Origin: Trueperaceae bacterium
GTDB lineage: Bacteria; Deinococcota; Deinococci; Deinococcales; Trueperaceae
DNA: 64,000 bases
Direction of reading: 5' to 3'
Assembly (NCBI GenBank): GCA_965215565.1
Contig: CBDCDZ010000004.1
Location: 3,552,001-3,616,000, forward strand
The notes under the pieces are model-generated. The model did not search any database. It saw only the letters and a list, made by a program, of their open reading frames with translations, and had not been told where the DNA came from. A program made the position numbers and the translations under genes. Shown piece after piece: positions 1 to 9,608 of this stretch. Position 1 is the first letter of the stretch; every line of letters begins with the position of its first letter.

Positions 1-590
1 TTTTGCGAGAAGATGCCGTCCCAGTAGTAGTCGCCCTCAATCTCCACAGCTTGGAAGAGGCTGGGGATCGCAGCGGAGGCTAGGAGGGCTCGAGCGCTCA
101 CCTCTAAATCTTTGAACACCTTGAACTCACCGCTCAAAACGTTGACGGCGCTCACAAAGAGGTGCGGGCTTGTTTCGCTGAATGCCTGAGCAATCCTCTC
201 CGGCTCGAAGAGGTCGCTCACCTCCCGCTTCAACTCCCTATGCGCCCAATCGACGGGCGAGTCGTTCGGGTTGAGGCTCGGCAAGCCGCCCCGCTCGCCT
301 GCTCTGAGCGCATGAATGACGACGTTGTTGAGCCAGACCTCTTGCAGCGAGTCGGCTAGATTGCGCGACCAGAACCGCTCCAGTGCCGCCGTGCCGCCGC
401 CCAACAAAAGACCCTGCCACGCCAGCGCCGCGCAGATCGCCCCGCCCGAGGTGCCGCTCAAGCCGACGACTTCGAAGGGTCTCTTTTCTTCCAAGAGGTG
501 TTTGAGGACGCCGGCGGTAAACGCCGTGTGGCTGCCGCCACCCTGACAGGCGATGGCGACTCGGGGGACCGAGCGAGAAGGAGAGGTCAT
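1..590 (-). CDS. Patatin-like phospholipase family protein (3' end outside window)
   Basis: Manual minus-strand translation from ATG 590: MTSPSRSVPRVAIACQGGGSHTAFTAG...GTSGG...SAAIP...YWDG. Contains the glycine-rich loop, GxSxG nucleophile and DG catalytic motif. Not in the ORF track because it is truncated. Confidence 0.85.
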   Translation of the reverse strand, partial: MTSPSRSVPRVAIACQGGGSHTAFTAGVLKHLLEEKRPFEVVGLSGTSGGAICAALAWQGLLLGGGTAALERFWSRNLADSLQEVWLNNVVIHALRAGERGGLPSLNPNDSPVDWAHRELKREVSDLFEPERIAQAFSETSPHLFVSAVNVLSGEFKVFKDLEVSARALLASAAIPSLFQAVEIEGDYYWDGIFSQ

Positions 591-655
591 CAACGTGCAT
601 TATCACGTGTCAGGTGAGGAAGCGCAAGCTTTTGAGTGCGTCAGCATTTCAGCAT

Positions 656-733
656 AGGTTAGAGCAAAGCTCAAAGGCTCTTAGCCTTCACCTCAGGTTA
701 GAGCAAAGCTCACTAGGCTCTTAGCCTTCACCT
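656..733. repeat. Two-copy tandem repeat (38-39 bp) made of mini-hairpins
   Basis: aggttagagcaaagctca(aa/cta)ggctcttagccttcacct at 656-693 and 695-733. Each copy has GAGC-AAA-GCTC and AGGCT-CTT-AGCCT stems. Confidence 0.85.
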
Positions 734-850
734 GTGTCAGCTTGTTAGGAAAACCTAAAACCTGAAGTGCTGACTCGCTGACGTGCTGACCTGCTTTCTA
801 TGTCCACAACCCTTTGCCTGGGCGCTCACCTTTTGTTACACTAAGCGCTT

Positions 851-2260
851 ATGACGTTAGCTGCGCCTAAGCCCTTCCTAACGAACGCACCCTACACCGC
901 TAAGATTGCGCAAGTCAGCCCTGGCTCGCCAGCGGCGGAGGTGGGCGTGCAAGCGGGCTGGGAGTTGGTGCAGGTCAACGGCGTCTTTATTCCCGACATC
1001 TTGGCGTACCGCCGCGAGTTGGAGCGCGGCGTAGCAACCTTAAAGGTGCGTGACCCGCTCTTGGGGGACGAGTTGGATTTCACCGTGGAGTGGGAAGACC
1101 CTGGGCTCGAGTTTGGCGAGGTCATCTTCGACGGGCTCAAGCTCTGCGCGAACAAGTGCGAGTTCTGCTACGTCCACCAAATGCCCAAGGGCTTCCGCAA
1201 GTCGCTCTACGTTATGGACGACGACTTCCGTACCTCTTTCTTGTACGGCTCCTTCGTCACGCTGACCAACCTCACCGACGCGGATATAGGGCGCATCGTG
1301 AACGAGCACCTGAGCCCGATGTACGTCTCGGTGCACACCACGAACGAAGATTTGCGCAAGGATATGATGAAGTGGTGGCGCTTAAAGGTTAAAGACGAGC
1401 GTGCAACGAAGATTCGCGACATGCTCAAGAGGTTGGAAAGCATCGACCTCTACACGCAGATGGTCTTGCTGCCGGGGCGCAATGACGGCGAGCATCTGGA
1501 TGAGACCTTGGCGTTCTTAGCCTCGCAGGACAACGTGCTGGCGGCGGCGTGCGTGCCCGTCGGCTTGACAGACCACCGCACGAACCTGCCCGATCTGCGC
1601 ACCTTTACCGAGGAAGAGGCGCGGGACGTGCTACGCCGCGTTCACGCCTTCCAGAAGCGGATGTTAGCTGAGCGCGGTACCCGCTTCATCTTTCCGAGCG
1701 ACGAATTCTACCTCTTGGCGGGCGAGCCCTTGCCGAACGAAGAGGCGTACGAAGGTTTTCCAATGTTGGAGAACGGCGTCGGCATGGTGCAGGACTTCTT
1801 GAGCGAGCCGCTCTCCACCTCTCCCGTGCGCCTGCCGCGGCCTAAAAAGGTCATTTTGGCGACGGGGAAGCTCTTCGCACCCGTGCTGGAGCGTGCTGTC
1901 GAACCGCTTAAAGAGGTAGAGGGGTTAGACCTCGAGGTCCGCGCCCTCAAAAACCGCACCTTCGGCGAGGTGACGACTGTCGCCGGACTTTTGGCCGGGC
2001 GCGACTTCCTCACGCAGATTGCGCCCGGCGAGGCTGACCTCTTGCTCGTCTCGCCAAATGTGTTCAAATACGGCACCGAGACGATGCTGGACGAGCGCAC
2101 CTTGGATGATTTACGCGGTGAGTTAAAGATGGCGGTCGAAGTCGGCGGTACGAACCTGCGTGAACTCACCGAGGTGATTTTTAGCGGGGTAGGGGAGAGG
2201 CACATGCCGCAGTTCGGCTTTTCGACGCACGCGGTGAAAGAGGCGGCGAAGCAGCACTGA
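851..2260 (+). CDS. PDZ + radical-SAM-like DUF512 Fe-S protein
   Basis: N-terminal PDZ-like GSPAAEVGV, CANKCEFC (CxxxCxxC), DDDFRTSFLYGSFVTLTN, and LENGVG motifs. Confidence 0.85.
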   Translation: MTLAAPKPFLTNAPYTAKIAQVSPGSPAAEVGVQAGWELVQVNGVFIPDILAYRRELERGVATLKVRDPLLGDELDFTVEWEDPGLEFGEVIFDGLKLCANKCEFCYVHQMPKGFRKSLYVMDDDFRTSFLYGSFVTLTNLTDADIGRIVNEHLSPMYVSVHTTNEDLRKDMMKWWRLKVKDERATKIRDMLKRLESIDLYTQMVLLPGRNDGEHLDETLAFLASQDNVLAAACVPVGLTDHRTNLPDLRTFTEEEARDVLRRVHAFQKRMLAERGTRFIFPSDEFYLLAGEPLPNEEAYEGFPMLENGVGMVQDFLSEPLSTSPVRLPRPKKVILATGKLFAPVLERAVEPLKEVEGLDLEVRALKNRTFGEVTTVAGLLAGRDFLTQIAPGEADLLLVSPNVFKYGTETMLDERTLDDLRGELKMAVEVGGTNLRELTEVIFSGVGERHMPQFGFSTHAVKEAAKQH

Positions 2261-2336
2261 CTCGAGACTTCCTTTACATTCTCCTTCCCGTTCGCGTGTA
2301 AAAATCGGGAATGCAGACGTTCAAAGGGCTTCAGCG

Positions 2337-2657
2337 GTGACGGTCTCCCTTCTCATCCTCTTCTGCACGGCGGTGTGCGCGTTCGTAACCTTGCAGATGC
2401 AAGACGAGCCGGATGTAGATGCGCCCAGGGACGTGCCTAAAGTTTCAACCCGTTTTCTCCTCGTGCTCGGCGGACTTGTGGTCTTGGCGACGTTTATCGT
2501 TTTCCCTTCGAACCCAGTAGAGTGGTCACTCGGTAACGTCGTGCTTTTTTTAGCGGAGCACACGCTCAATCCGCTGCGGATTTTAGGTATTTTGGTGCTT
2601 GGCGGTGGGATTTTCTATTCAGCAGTGTGGGCATTATACCTTCAGCGGCGACGTTAG
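2337..2657 (+). CDS. Small hypothetical membrane protein
   Basis: 106-aa ORF with about three hydrophobic segments, between two plus-strand genes. Confidence 0.55.
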   Translation: MTVSLLILFCTAVCAFVTLQMQDEPDVDAPRDVPKVSTRFLLVLGGLVVLATFIVFPSNPVEWSLGNVVLFLAEHTLNPLRILGILVLGGGIFYSAVWALYLQRRR

Positions 2658-2745
2658 TAAAATTTCCAACACTGTGTTACCTCCTGTGCTAAAAACGTTT
2701 TAAGCTTAATTCGAGTGAGAGAACGCCGTGCTACACTCTGCAGAG

Positions 2746-3522
2746 ATGAGTAAGCATTCAGAGGAGAAGAGGTTGCTGAGAGTCGTTGGCTTAGTCACCT
2801 CTCTAGGTCTTGCTATTATTTTGCTCGGGTTTACTTGGCGCGACGCACCCGGTTCTGGGTTTGTACAAGAGACGCTTCAGTCCGCGTGGCAAGGTGCCAT
2901 CAACGCGGCGCGCGGACCCGTGCGCATCGGCATTCAGGTTGGTCATGAGAACGTGGCGGCGCATCCCGAGGAACTCGCCCGGTTGAGATACAACACGGGC
3001 GGACATGCGAACGGTCTCGATGAGGTGGACCTCAACCGCGCGGTGGCAGAAGCGTTGCGAGGCCGGTTAGAGGCTCATGGCGTTACGGTGGAGTTGCTGA
3101 GCGCCACACCGCCCCCGGGCTACTACGCCGACCTCTTTCTCTCACTCCACGCCGACAGCGTCACCGACCCTACCCGGCGCGGCTACAAATCCGCTTACTT
3201 CGAGCCCGAGCGCAACCCGTTGGAGCCGCGCCTCAAGGCTTACATCGACCACGCTTACCTGAGCGCGTCGGGCTTCCCCGATGACCATCACAACACCACA
3301 CGGAACATGCACCGCTACTACGCTTTTAACGCCTGGCGCTACCGCCACAGCGTCCATCCGGGGACGCCCGCGCTCCTCGTGGAGATGGGCTACTTGAGTA
3401 GCGCAGCAGACATGGCGTTTTTGAACTACCCGGAGCAGCCGGCGGCGGCGCTGAGCCGGGGCATCGTAGAGTTCCTCCAGGCGCAAGGACGCTTGCCGGG
3501 CGAACTTACCGAACTCGAATAA
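2746..3522 (+). CDS. N-acetylmuramoyl-L-alanine amidase (Amidase_3), membrane anchored
   Basis: IGIQVGH, E..LN, FLSLHAD and PALLVEMGYLS zinc-amidase motifs after an N-terminal TM helix. ATG 2746 preferred over GTG 2728. Confidence 0.8.
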   Translation: MSKHSEEKRLLRVVGLVTSLGLAIILLGFTWRDAPGSGFVQETLQSAWQGAINAARGPVRIGIQVGHENVAAHPEELARLRYNTGGHANGLDEVDLNRAVAEALRGRLEAHGVTVELLSATPPPGYYADLFLSLHADSVTDPTRRGYKSAYFEPERNPLEPRLKAYIDHAYLSASGFPDDHHNTTRNMHRYYAFNAWRYRHSVHPGTPALLVEMGYLSSAADMAFLNYPEQPAAALSRGIVEFLQAQGRLPGELTELE

Positions 3523-3528
3523 GCTTAG

Positions 3529-3822
3529 CTACCGCCCGAGCAGACGCACCTCTTGCGCCGTGACGTTTCTACCCTCGAGCGAGCCGCGAACGTAGACAGC
3601 GCTCCCCGAAGAGAGGTCCGTCAAGGTCAGAGTTTCGCCACCTTGTGACACCACGCGCGTCCCCTCCGGCACCGCAACGCGGAGCGTTACGCCGCGTTCA
3701 GAACGCACCTCGAGGGGGTGTGCCGAGACGACCACCGCGGTAAACGCAGTGTCGGGTATGCAGTCGGCGGCGGGCGCGCACGCGGCGAGTAGGGAGAAAA
3801 GAGCAGCATATATGAATCTCAT
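3529..3822 (-). CDS. Small putative lipoprotein (DUF5666-like beta domain)
   Basis: MRFIYAALFSLLAAC lipobox and LTDLSSGSAVYVRG motif. The longer ORF call runs into a repeat. TATAGT lies 7 nt upstream of ATG 3822. Confidence 0.6.
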   Translation of the reverse strand: MRFIYAALFSLLAACAPAADCIPDTAFTAVVVSAHPLEVRSERGVTLRVAVPEGTRVVSQGGETLTLTDLSSGSAVYVRGSLEGRNVTAQEVRLLGR

Positions 3823-3831
3823 TACGTCCAC

Positions 3832-4259
3832 TATAGCGGTTATCAGAAGTAAAGCAGTGCACAGAAGTACTGAATTGGAATAGCGCAAGTCTCAGCCTGC
3901 TAAGGCTAGCGGGATTTCATTCTCAAATGTGCGTGCTGCTTTCTGAAAGCCCGTAGGGACGAAGTTTTCGCAAAGCGAATGACGTAGTTTGCCGTTAGGC
4001 AACGGTGTTCTACATCGTGAGAGCGTTGCTCCGCTTACGAAGTTTCCCTTTCGCAGATGCGAAAACGGTGTAACCGGGAAAAACTTATGTACACTCAAAC
4101 CAAATGATACTTGCTATATTGGACCGAAATAGCGCAGATTTCACAGCTTTGCTGTAACGGAACTTCATCCGACAATGTGCGTGCTAGTTGTCGTTCTATC
4201 ATGTGAGACTGGCTCAAACCAGATGAAGTCGCGTGGGCGCTCCCGCTGGACCTGCTATA
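3832..4259 (+). mobile_element. MITE-like element, outer copy, containing a nested second copy
   Basis: Left end TATAGCGGTTATCAGAAG and right end ACCTGCTATA match the 115-bp copy at 43045-43159. It is interrupted at its internal TA by the inner copy. Confidence 0.85.
3850..4118 (+). mobile_element. MITE-like element, inner nested copy with several micro-insertions
   Basis: TAAAGCAGTGCACAGAAGTA...AATGTGCGTGCTG...CTCAAACCAAATGATACTTGCTATA, bounded by a duplicated TA of the outer copy. Confidence 0.8.
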
Positions 4260-4446
4260 TAGCGTAGCCGCTAATGACTTGATGAGGGAGAGGTGTGTGC
4301 GAGGAAACCTTGTGACAACGCGGCTGACTTTAGCGCTACGCTACACCTCTGTAAATAACCGCGTGACATGCTGACATGTTGCAAAGGACGCGCGCCGCTG
4401 GGGGCTTTTGGGGAGGTGGCGAAACGGAACGCTCGAGGAGAGACAC

Positions 4447-5421
4447 ATGGCAGTGAAAGACTCCAAGCCCGAAGAGAACGAAACTGAAGACGTCGAAGCT
4501 ACCGATTATCAGGAGGCGGCTCCCTCGGTCAAAGATGCGCCCGCATCGGGACAAGCGGTACGCGACCGGTTCGGTTTCGATGAGATTTTCAAGCGCGTGT
4601 TGGCAACCGCCGACCATGAGCTGTCACGCCCTTTGGCGTTACTTTTCTGGAGCGGGTTTGCGGGCGGCGGGACGCTGGGTTTCAGTTTGCTCGCCAAAGC
4701 GGCTATGGACGCGAGTACGGGCAGCGAGATGCTCGGCAACCTCGTCTATCCCATCGGCTTTATCTTTTTGATTATCGGGCGCTATCAACTTTTCACTGAG
4801 AACACGCTGACACCCGTCGCTTTAGTTTTTACCCGCCTAGCGAGTTTAAGAGATTTAGGGCGGATTTGGGGCATCGTCTTTCTCGCTAACATCCTGGGTG
4901 CGGTGGCAATCGCGCTGCTCTTCGCTACCACGCCTCTCCTCACCGTCGAAGCGGCGGAGGCCGCGCGGGGCTACGCTGAGCACCTCATGGAAGTGTCTTG
5001 GTCGGCAGCCTTTTTCAAGGCGGTCGTGGCGGGTTGGATTCTAGCTGGGCTCGTCTGGCTCGTTCACGCCGTGCCAGACAGCATCTCGCGCGTCCTGCTC
5101 ATCTGGTTCCTCATGTTCGTCCAGGTGTTCGCCGCCCCCTTCCACTGCATCGTTGGCTCGGTCGAGGTGCTCTACCTAGTTTTTTCGGGCGGCGCACATA
5201 TCAGCGAATATCTAGGCCAGTTTCTGTTGCCCGTGACACTCGGTAACACGGTAGGCGGGGTCGTTGCCGTCGCCTTACTCAACTACGCGCAGTTCGGCGC
5301 GGATAAAGAGGGCAGCTCCTTCGCGGAGCGCGGCGAACGCCTCTCCTGGGACGAGTGGTTCTTCGCCAAAACGCACCGCGCGCCGTCGAAGCCCTTCGGC
5401 GGTCTGAGCGAGCATGACTAG
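4447..5421 (+). CDS. Formate/nitrite transporter family protein
   Basis: QLFTENT, ANILG, HCIVGS and TLGNTVGG FNT motifs. GAGGAG SD before ATG 4447. Confidence 0.9.
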   Translation: MAVKDSKPEENETEDVEATDYQEAAPSVKDAPASGQAVRDRFGFDEIFKRVLATADHELSRPLALLFWSGFAGGGTLGFSLLAKAAMDASTGSEMLGNLVYPIGFIFLIIGRYQLFTENTLTPVALVFTRLASLRDLGRIWGIVFLANILGAVAIALLFATTPLLTVEAAEAARGYAEHLMEVSWSAAFFKAVVAGWILAGLVWLVHAVPDSISRVLLIWFLMFVQVFAAPFHCIVGSVEVLYLVFSGGAHISEYLGQFLLPVTLGNTVGGVVAVALLNYAQFGADKEGSSFAERGERLSWDEWFFAKTHRAPSKPFGGLSEHD

Positions 5422-5600
5422 GCGCACCTCAGTCGTGAGCGAGATCGGTGAAGCGCCAGCGAACGGTTAGATACGCGCTAACCTCGCTCAGCCTTGAGGT
5501 GATTTTTGGGTAGGTCTGCTCATGAGCATGAGGTTTGCCCTTAATACTGGATGGGAACGAAGCGGTACGTTTTTACTGGATTATGAAGGATGCTATATCG

Positions 5601-5638
5601 AAAGGGCGAGCCACCCGCAAGTGGCCCGCCCTTTTCTT
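5601..5638. terminator. Hairpin, probable bidirectional intrinsic terminator
   Basis: aagggcg-agccac-ccgcaa-gtggc-ccgcccttttc between the convergent FNT gene and rplT. Confidence 0.55.
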
Positions 5639-5718
5639 CCGACGATCTAATGTGTTTGGCTAGTCTGTTATGTTCTCCACCGAGACCATGACCATAGTAG
5701 GCTGAACAATCTTTCTCC

Positions 5719-6075
5719 TTACGCGCTGGCGCTCTTCGACTTCTCCACGAGCTGCTTAAACGCTTCGGGCTGCTGCACGGCTAAGTCGGCGAGCATTTTA
5801 CGGTTGATTTCCACGCCCGACTTGCGCAACCCGCTCATGAAAACAGAGTAGCTCAGACCCTCTTGGCGGGTGGCGGCGTTGATGCGCGAAATCCAGAGGC
5901 GGCGAAAGTCGTTCTTCTTGTCGCGGCGGTCTCTGTATTCGTAGTCAGCGGCGTTAAGGAGGGTCTGCTGCGCGATACGGAAGCTGCGCGAGCGCAGTCC
6001 CCAAAAGCCTTTGGCGCGTTTTAAGACCTTCTTGTGCTTGTTGCGGCGGACGGTGCTGGTTTTTGCTCTTGGCAT
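5719..6075 (-). CDS. rplT: 50S ribosomal protein L20
   Basis: MPRAK...AKGFWG...RDRR...[12 protein letters not shown]...NRKMLADLA. Confidence 0.98.
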   Translation of the reverse strand: MPRAKTSTVRRNKHKKVLKRAKGFWGLRSRSFRIAQQTLLNAADYEYRDRRDKKNDFRRLWISRINAATRQEGLSYSVFMSGLRKSGVEINRKMLADLAVQQPEAFKQLVEKSKSASA

Positions 6076-6086
6076 CGTCTAATCCC

Positions 6087-6284
6087 TTAGTCGTACGGCA
6101 GGAGCTTCTTGATGCGCTCCGCCTCGGGCTTGGCGATGATAAGGTCCGTGCGTCCTTGACGGATGCGCTTGCCACTCTTTTTGTAGTTGAGGTGGCGCTT
6201 GCCGCTCTTCATAGCCGTGACCTTACCTCGCCCAGTGACTTTGACACGGGCTTTGGTGCCCTTATGGGTCTTTAATTTCGGCAT
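6087..6284 (-). CDS. rpmI: 50S ribosomal protein L35
   Basis: MPKLKTHKG...GKRH...LLPY, between infC and rplT. Confidence 0.97.
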   Translation of the reverse strand: MPKLKTHKGTKARVKVTGRGKVTAMKSGKRHLNYKKSGKRIRQGRTDLIIAKPEAERIKKLLPYD

Positions 6285-6435
6285 TTCTTTCTCCTTGTCC
6301 TTGCATGTTAGGCAGGACCTCTTCGACGTTTCATAACTTTTGAGTTCTCGGATTGAGCAGATTGTCCAGGAGAGATTTTAAGGCTCGAGCCTCAGTGAAC
6401 CCCACTATCTGACCAGATGAAACCCGCTACGCAGA

Positions 6436-6957
6436 TTAGGCGGACGCCTCTTTCGACGGACCTAACACCATATTCATATCCATGCCTGCGATGCTCGGCG
6501 CGGATTCAACGGTTGCCATCTCCGAGACGTCGCTGGCGACGCGGTTCAAAATCTCTTGACCCAACTCGGGGTGAGTGCGTTCGCGCCCGCGAAACATGAT
6601 GGTGACTTTGACCTTATGACCGCCCTTGAGAAAGCGCTTCACGTGATTGACCTTCGTGTTGTAGTCGTGGTCGTCGATCTTCACGCGAAACTTGATGGCT
6701 TTCATCTCCTGCTGACGAGACCGCTTGCGGGCTTCTTTCTCCTGCTGCTGCATCTCGTAGCGGTACTTGCCGTAGTCCAATAGTTTGGCGACGGGGGGCT
6801 GGGCTTGTTCACCTACTAGGACAAGGTCGAGTTCGGCGTCACGCGCCATGCGGAGCGCGTCTCTCGTGTCGACGATGCCTTGCTGCTGACCGTCCTCCAT
6901 GATGAGACGTACCTGCCGCGCCCGAATCTGCTCGTTAATCTTCAGCTCTTTAGCTAT
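6436..6957 (-). CDS. infC: Translation initiation factor IF-3 (non-canonical ATA start)
   Basis: INEQIRARQVRLI...DYGKYRYE...KVKVTIMFRGRE. GGAGGT SD lies 7 nt before an in-frame ATA at 6957. Confidence 0.95.
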   Translation of the reverse strand: MAKELKINEQIRARQVRLIMEDGQQQGIVDTRDALRMARDAELDLVLVGEQAQPPVAKLLDYGKYRYEMQQQEKEARKRSRQQEMKAIKFRVKIDDHDYNTKVNHVKRFLKGGHKVKVTIMFRGRERTHPELGQEILNRVASDVSEMATVESAPSIAGMDMNMVLGPSKEASA

Positions 6958-7095
6958 GGACAACACCTCCAGAAGTCTGCTGCTCGGCGGCGTCCTATTT
7001 TGCCTGTAGCGAGCCGGGCATCCTCCTGGTGGAGTCGGTGCGGCTCTGCACACAAAACGTGGTACACCGTCGCTGCTTCTTGTACAGCGCTCGAG
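6958..7095 (-). promoter_or_regulatory. infC-rpmI-rplT 5' leader, candidate L20-responsive RNA leader
   Basis: TACACT -10-like box at about 7094-7099 (minus strand), followed by a ~135-nt GC-rich leader. AGAAG near the 5' end can pair with CTTCT next to the SD. Confidence 0.35.
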
Positions 7096-7293
7096 TGTAG
7101 CAAATAAACGCCACCTAATCAATGCGAGAGGCGACTTTACCGTTACAACGTACGTGCGCGGTCCAATGTAGGACGCGATAGGGAAAGCGGAGCAGAAGTT
7201 CGGTGGAGAGGAAAGCAAAGAATGAGGAGAGAAAGCCCTGCTTCTCTCCCTATTCGCTCAACAACAAACTTGTGAGATTGGACTCCCGGCTCG

Positions 7294-8502
7294 CTACGCC
7301 GTCTCCAACTCCACCTTAATCCAACCGGGCTGCCGCTTGTCGAACACTTCGTAGGCGTCGAGCGCGTTTTGCGTCGGCTCCATCTGACTCAAGACCGTCA
7401 CGGGGTCCACCGCGCCCGAGGCGGTAAGACCTAAAAGCATGGGGATGTACTTGCGGTGGTTGCAGTTGCCCATCTTCATGGTGATGTTTTTCTGCATCGC
7501 TTGACCGATGGGGAAACTCTGCATGTTGGGCGGGTAGACGCCGATGATGGACAAGGTGCCCGCTTTAGCGAGCGCCTGAACGCACCACTCGAGCGCCTGC
7601 GAAGGCGCGCTCCCCGGTACCCACAGCTCCCCATCAGGGTTTTGCTCCGGCGCAACTTGCGAAACCTCTTGTCCGAACCCCTCGTCTTCGCTATCACTCG
7701 GCGTCGCCGGACCCTGCTCGGCGTGCTCGGAGTCCACGCCAACCGCGTCGATGATGCGGTCAGGACCGCTGCCACCCGTTAAGCGGCGTAGGGTCTCCAC
7801 AGGGTCTTCTTGCTCGAAGTTGATCGCTTCCGCGCCTAAGTTTTGCGCCATCTCGAGCCTGTCTTCTAACCTGTCCACCGCGAAGACGCGCCCCGCGCCC
7901 AACATCTTGGCGCTCAGAATCGCAAAAAGCCCCACCGCGCCGCAGCCAAAGACCGCCACCGTATCGCCCGCTTCGATGTCCGCCATGTCCGCGCCCTGAT
8001 AGCCTGTCGGAAAGACGTCGGAAATAAGGATCGCTTGCTCGTCCGCGACGTTGTCGGGAACTTTGACGAGCCCGACGTTCGCGAAGGGCACACGCACCTT
8101 TTCCGCTTGCAGCCCGTCGAAGGGTCCGGTGCTCTCCGGTCCGCCGAAGAAAGCGGTACCCGCGAGCTTGCCGTTCGGGTTGGCGTTGTCGCACTGGGCG
8201 TAGTACCCGTCGCGGCAGTAGACGCAATAGCCGCAGCCGATGGTCGAGGGGATCACCACGCGGTCGCCGGGGCGGAAGTTGCGCACGTCCGCACCGACCT
8301 CTTCGACCACGCCGACGCCCTCATGCCCGAGAATCGTACCCGGCTTCATGCCCGCCATCGTGCCACGGATCATGTGCAAGTCGGTGCCGCAGATCGCACT
8401 CGCAGTGAGGCGCACTACCGCGTCGTTGGGGTCTTGAATTTGTGGGTCGGGTACGTCGTCTAAACGGATGTCGCCGACGCCGTGGAATACAACTGCTTTC
8501 AT
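7294..8502 (-). CDS. Zinc-dependent alcohol/formaldehyde dehydrogenase (MDR, FDH-like)
   Basis: AICGTDLH, LGHEGVG, CGYCVYC...C structural zinc site, and VFGCGAVG Rossmann motif. Confidence 0.92.
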   Translation of the reverse strand: MKAVVFHGVGDIRLDDVPDPQIQDPNDAVVRLTASAICGTDLHMIRGTMAGMKPGTILGHEGVGVVEEVGADVRNFRPGDRVVIPSTIGCGYCVYCRDGYYAQCDNANPNGKLAGTAFFGGPESTGPFDGLQAEKVRVPFANVGLVKVPDNVADEQAILISDVFPTGYQGADMADIEAGDTVAVFGCGAVGLFAILSAKMLGAGRVFAVDRLEDRLEMAQNLGAEAINFEQEDPVETLRRLTGGSGPDRIIDAVGVDSEHAEQGPATPSDSEDEGFGQEVSQVAPEQNPDGELWVPGSAPSQALEWCVQALAKAGTLSIIGVYPPNMQSFPIGQAMQKNITMKMGNCNHRKYIPMLLGLTASGAVDPVTVLSQMEPTQNALDAYEVFDKRQPGWIKVELETA

Positions 8503-8574
8503 ATGTTCTCCCTATTGATGAGGTTACAGCTCGAGAGGCGGGTACGAGCCCAACCTCTCGAAGAGTCGAAAGGT

Positions 8575-9492
8575 TTACTGGAGCCCCTGCGCCCAGTCCA
8601 GGATGATTTGGTTCGCCTGATCCGCCGCTTCGATGATAGAGGCGTGTGACGCACCGGAGATAATCTCTAAAGTCGAGTCGGGAATCGCTTCAGCCATACT
8701 CTGCGCTAGGGCGATAGGCGTCAGGGTGTCCTCTAAGCCGAAGAGAATAAGCGTCGGCACTTCAATGGTGCTGTAGACGTCGGTATTGTCGCCTCGCAGC
8801 GCGAGGGCGACGCCGCCGCCTGACGCGCCGTTCACCGACGCCTCCTCGATGAGCGTACCGAGGTAGTCCACCAATTCTGGGTTGTTCTGGCGGGTGTCAC
8901 CCGTGAGCATGTCTTTCATCAGAAAGGGAACTAAAGAGGCGACGCCCACTTGCCGCGCCTGCTCGCCTGTGCCGAACCAGAGGTTTGCGCCCGCGACCGA
9001 AGCGGGTACAGCGGCGGTGTCGTTGAAGATGAGCCCGGTGAAGCGTTCTGGTGCTTGCTGGTACATTTCAAAGAGCGTCCAGCCGCCCATCGACATGCCT
9101 AAGACGGTAGCTTGATCTAGACCGAGTTCGTCCATCACCGCGAACATGTCTCCCGCATACGTCTCGATAGAGGCAACGCCGTTAGGCGCTTCGCTCTGAC
9201 CGAAACCGCGCAGGTCGGGCGTGACCACCTGGTAGCCCGCCTCGACCAGAGCGGGCACGTTGTCCCGAAAGAGCCCCGAGTTAAGTGGGTAGCCGTGGAT
9301 GAGCATCATCGGCTCGCCCTCGCCTTGCACCTGATAGTAGATGCGGGCTCCGTCGGGGCGCTCTACGAAGCCTTCTTGAGTGGACATCACACCGCCTGTC
9401 GCCGCGCCACCCGTACCGCCGCCCGTCTGTGCGGCTGCGAGGGCGAAGGTCAAGAAAAGAGCGAGAGATAGAGCAAGTTTTTGCATGAACAA
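8575..9492 (-). CDS. Secreted alpha/beta hydrolase
   Basis: Signal peptide (ALAAA), HGYP, PDLRGFG, GMSMGG nucleophile elbow, and late Asp/His residues. Confidence 0.85.
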   Translation of the reverse strand: MFMQKLALSLALFLTFALAAAQTGGGTGGAATGGVMSTQEGFVERPDGARIYYQVQGEGEPMMLIHGYPLNSGLFRDNVPALVEAGYQVVTPDLRGFGQSEAPNGVASIETYAGDMFAVMDELGLDQATVLGMSMGGWTLFEMYQQAPERFTGLIFNDTAAVPASVAGANLWFGTGEQARQVGVASLVPFLMKDMLTGDTRQNNPELVDYLGTLIEEASVNGASGGGVALALRGDNTDVYSTIEVPTLILFGLEDTLTPIALAQSMAEAIPDSTLEIISGASHASIIEAADQANQIILDWAQGLQ

Positions 9493-9608
9493 CTCCTAGA
9501 TGTAGTGGTGTGACGTTGATTTCTCAGCGGGTACGCCCGCCTTACCCCAGTAAGGCGGGTCCGTAAAAAGAGGTTTCTACTCCGCGTTCGGAGGTCAAGC
9601 GGCGCGTC

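Noticed and set aside
3832..4259. Repeat cluster as a CRISPR array or HEARO/omega RNA
   Set aside because: No regularly spaced identical repeats with unique spacers and no adjacent cas, IscB or TnpB gene. TIRs and TA duplication fit a MITE.
6958..7218. 87-aa N-terminal extension of IF-3 in the ORF track
   Set aside because: Artefact of a non-canonical start; the SD position supports ATA at 6957.
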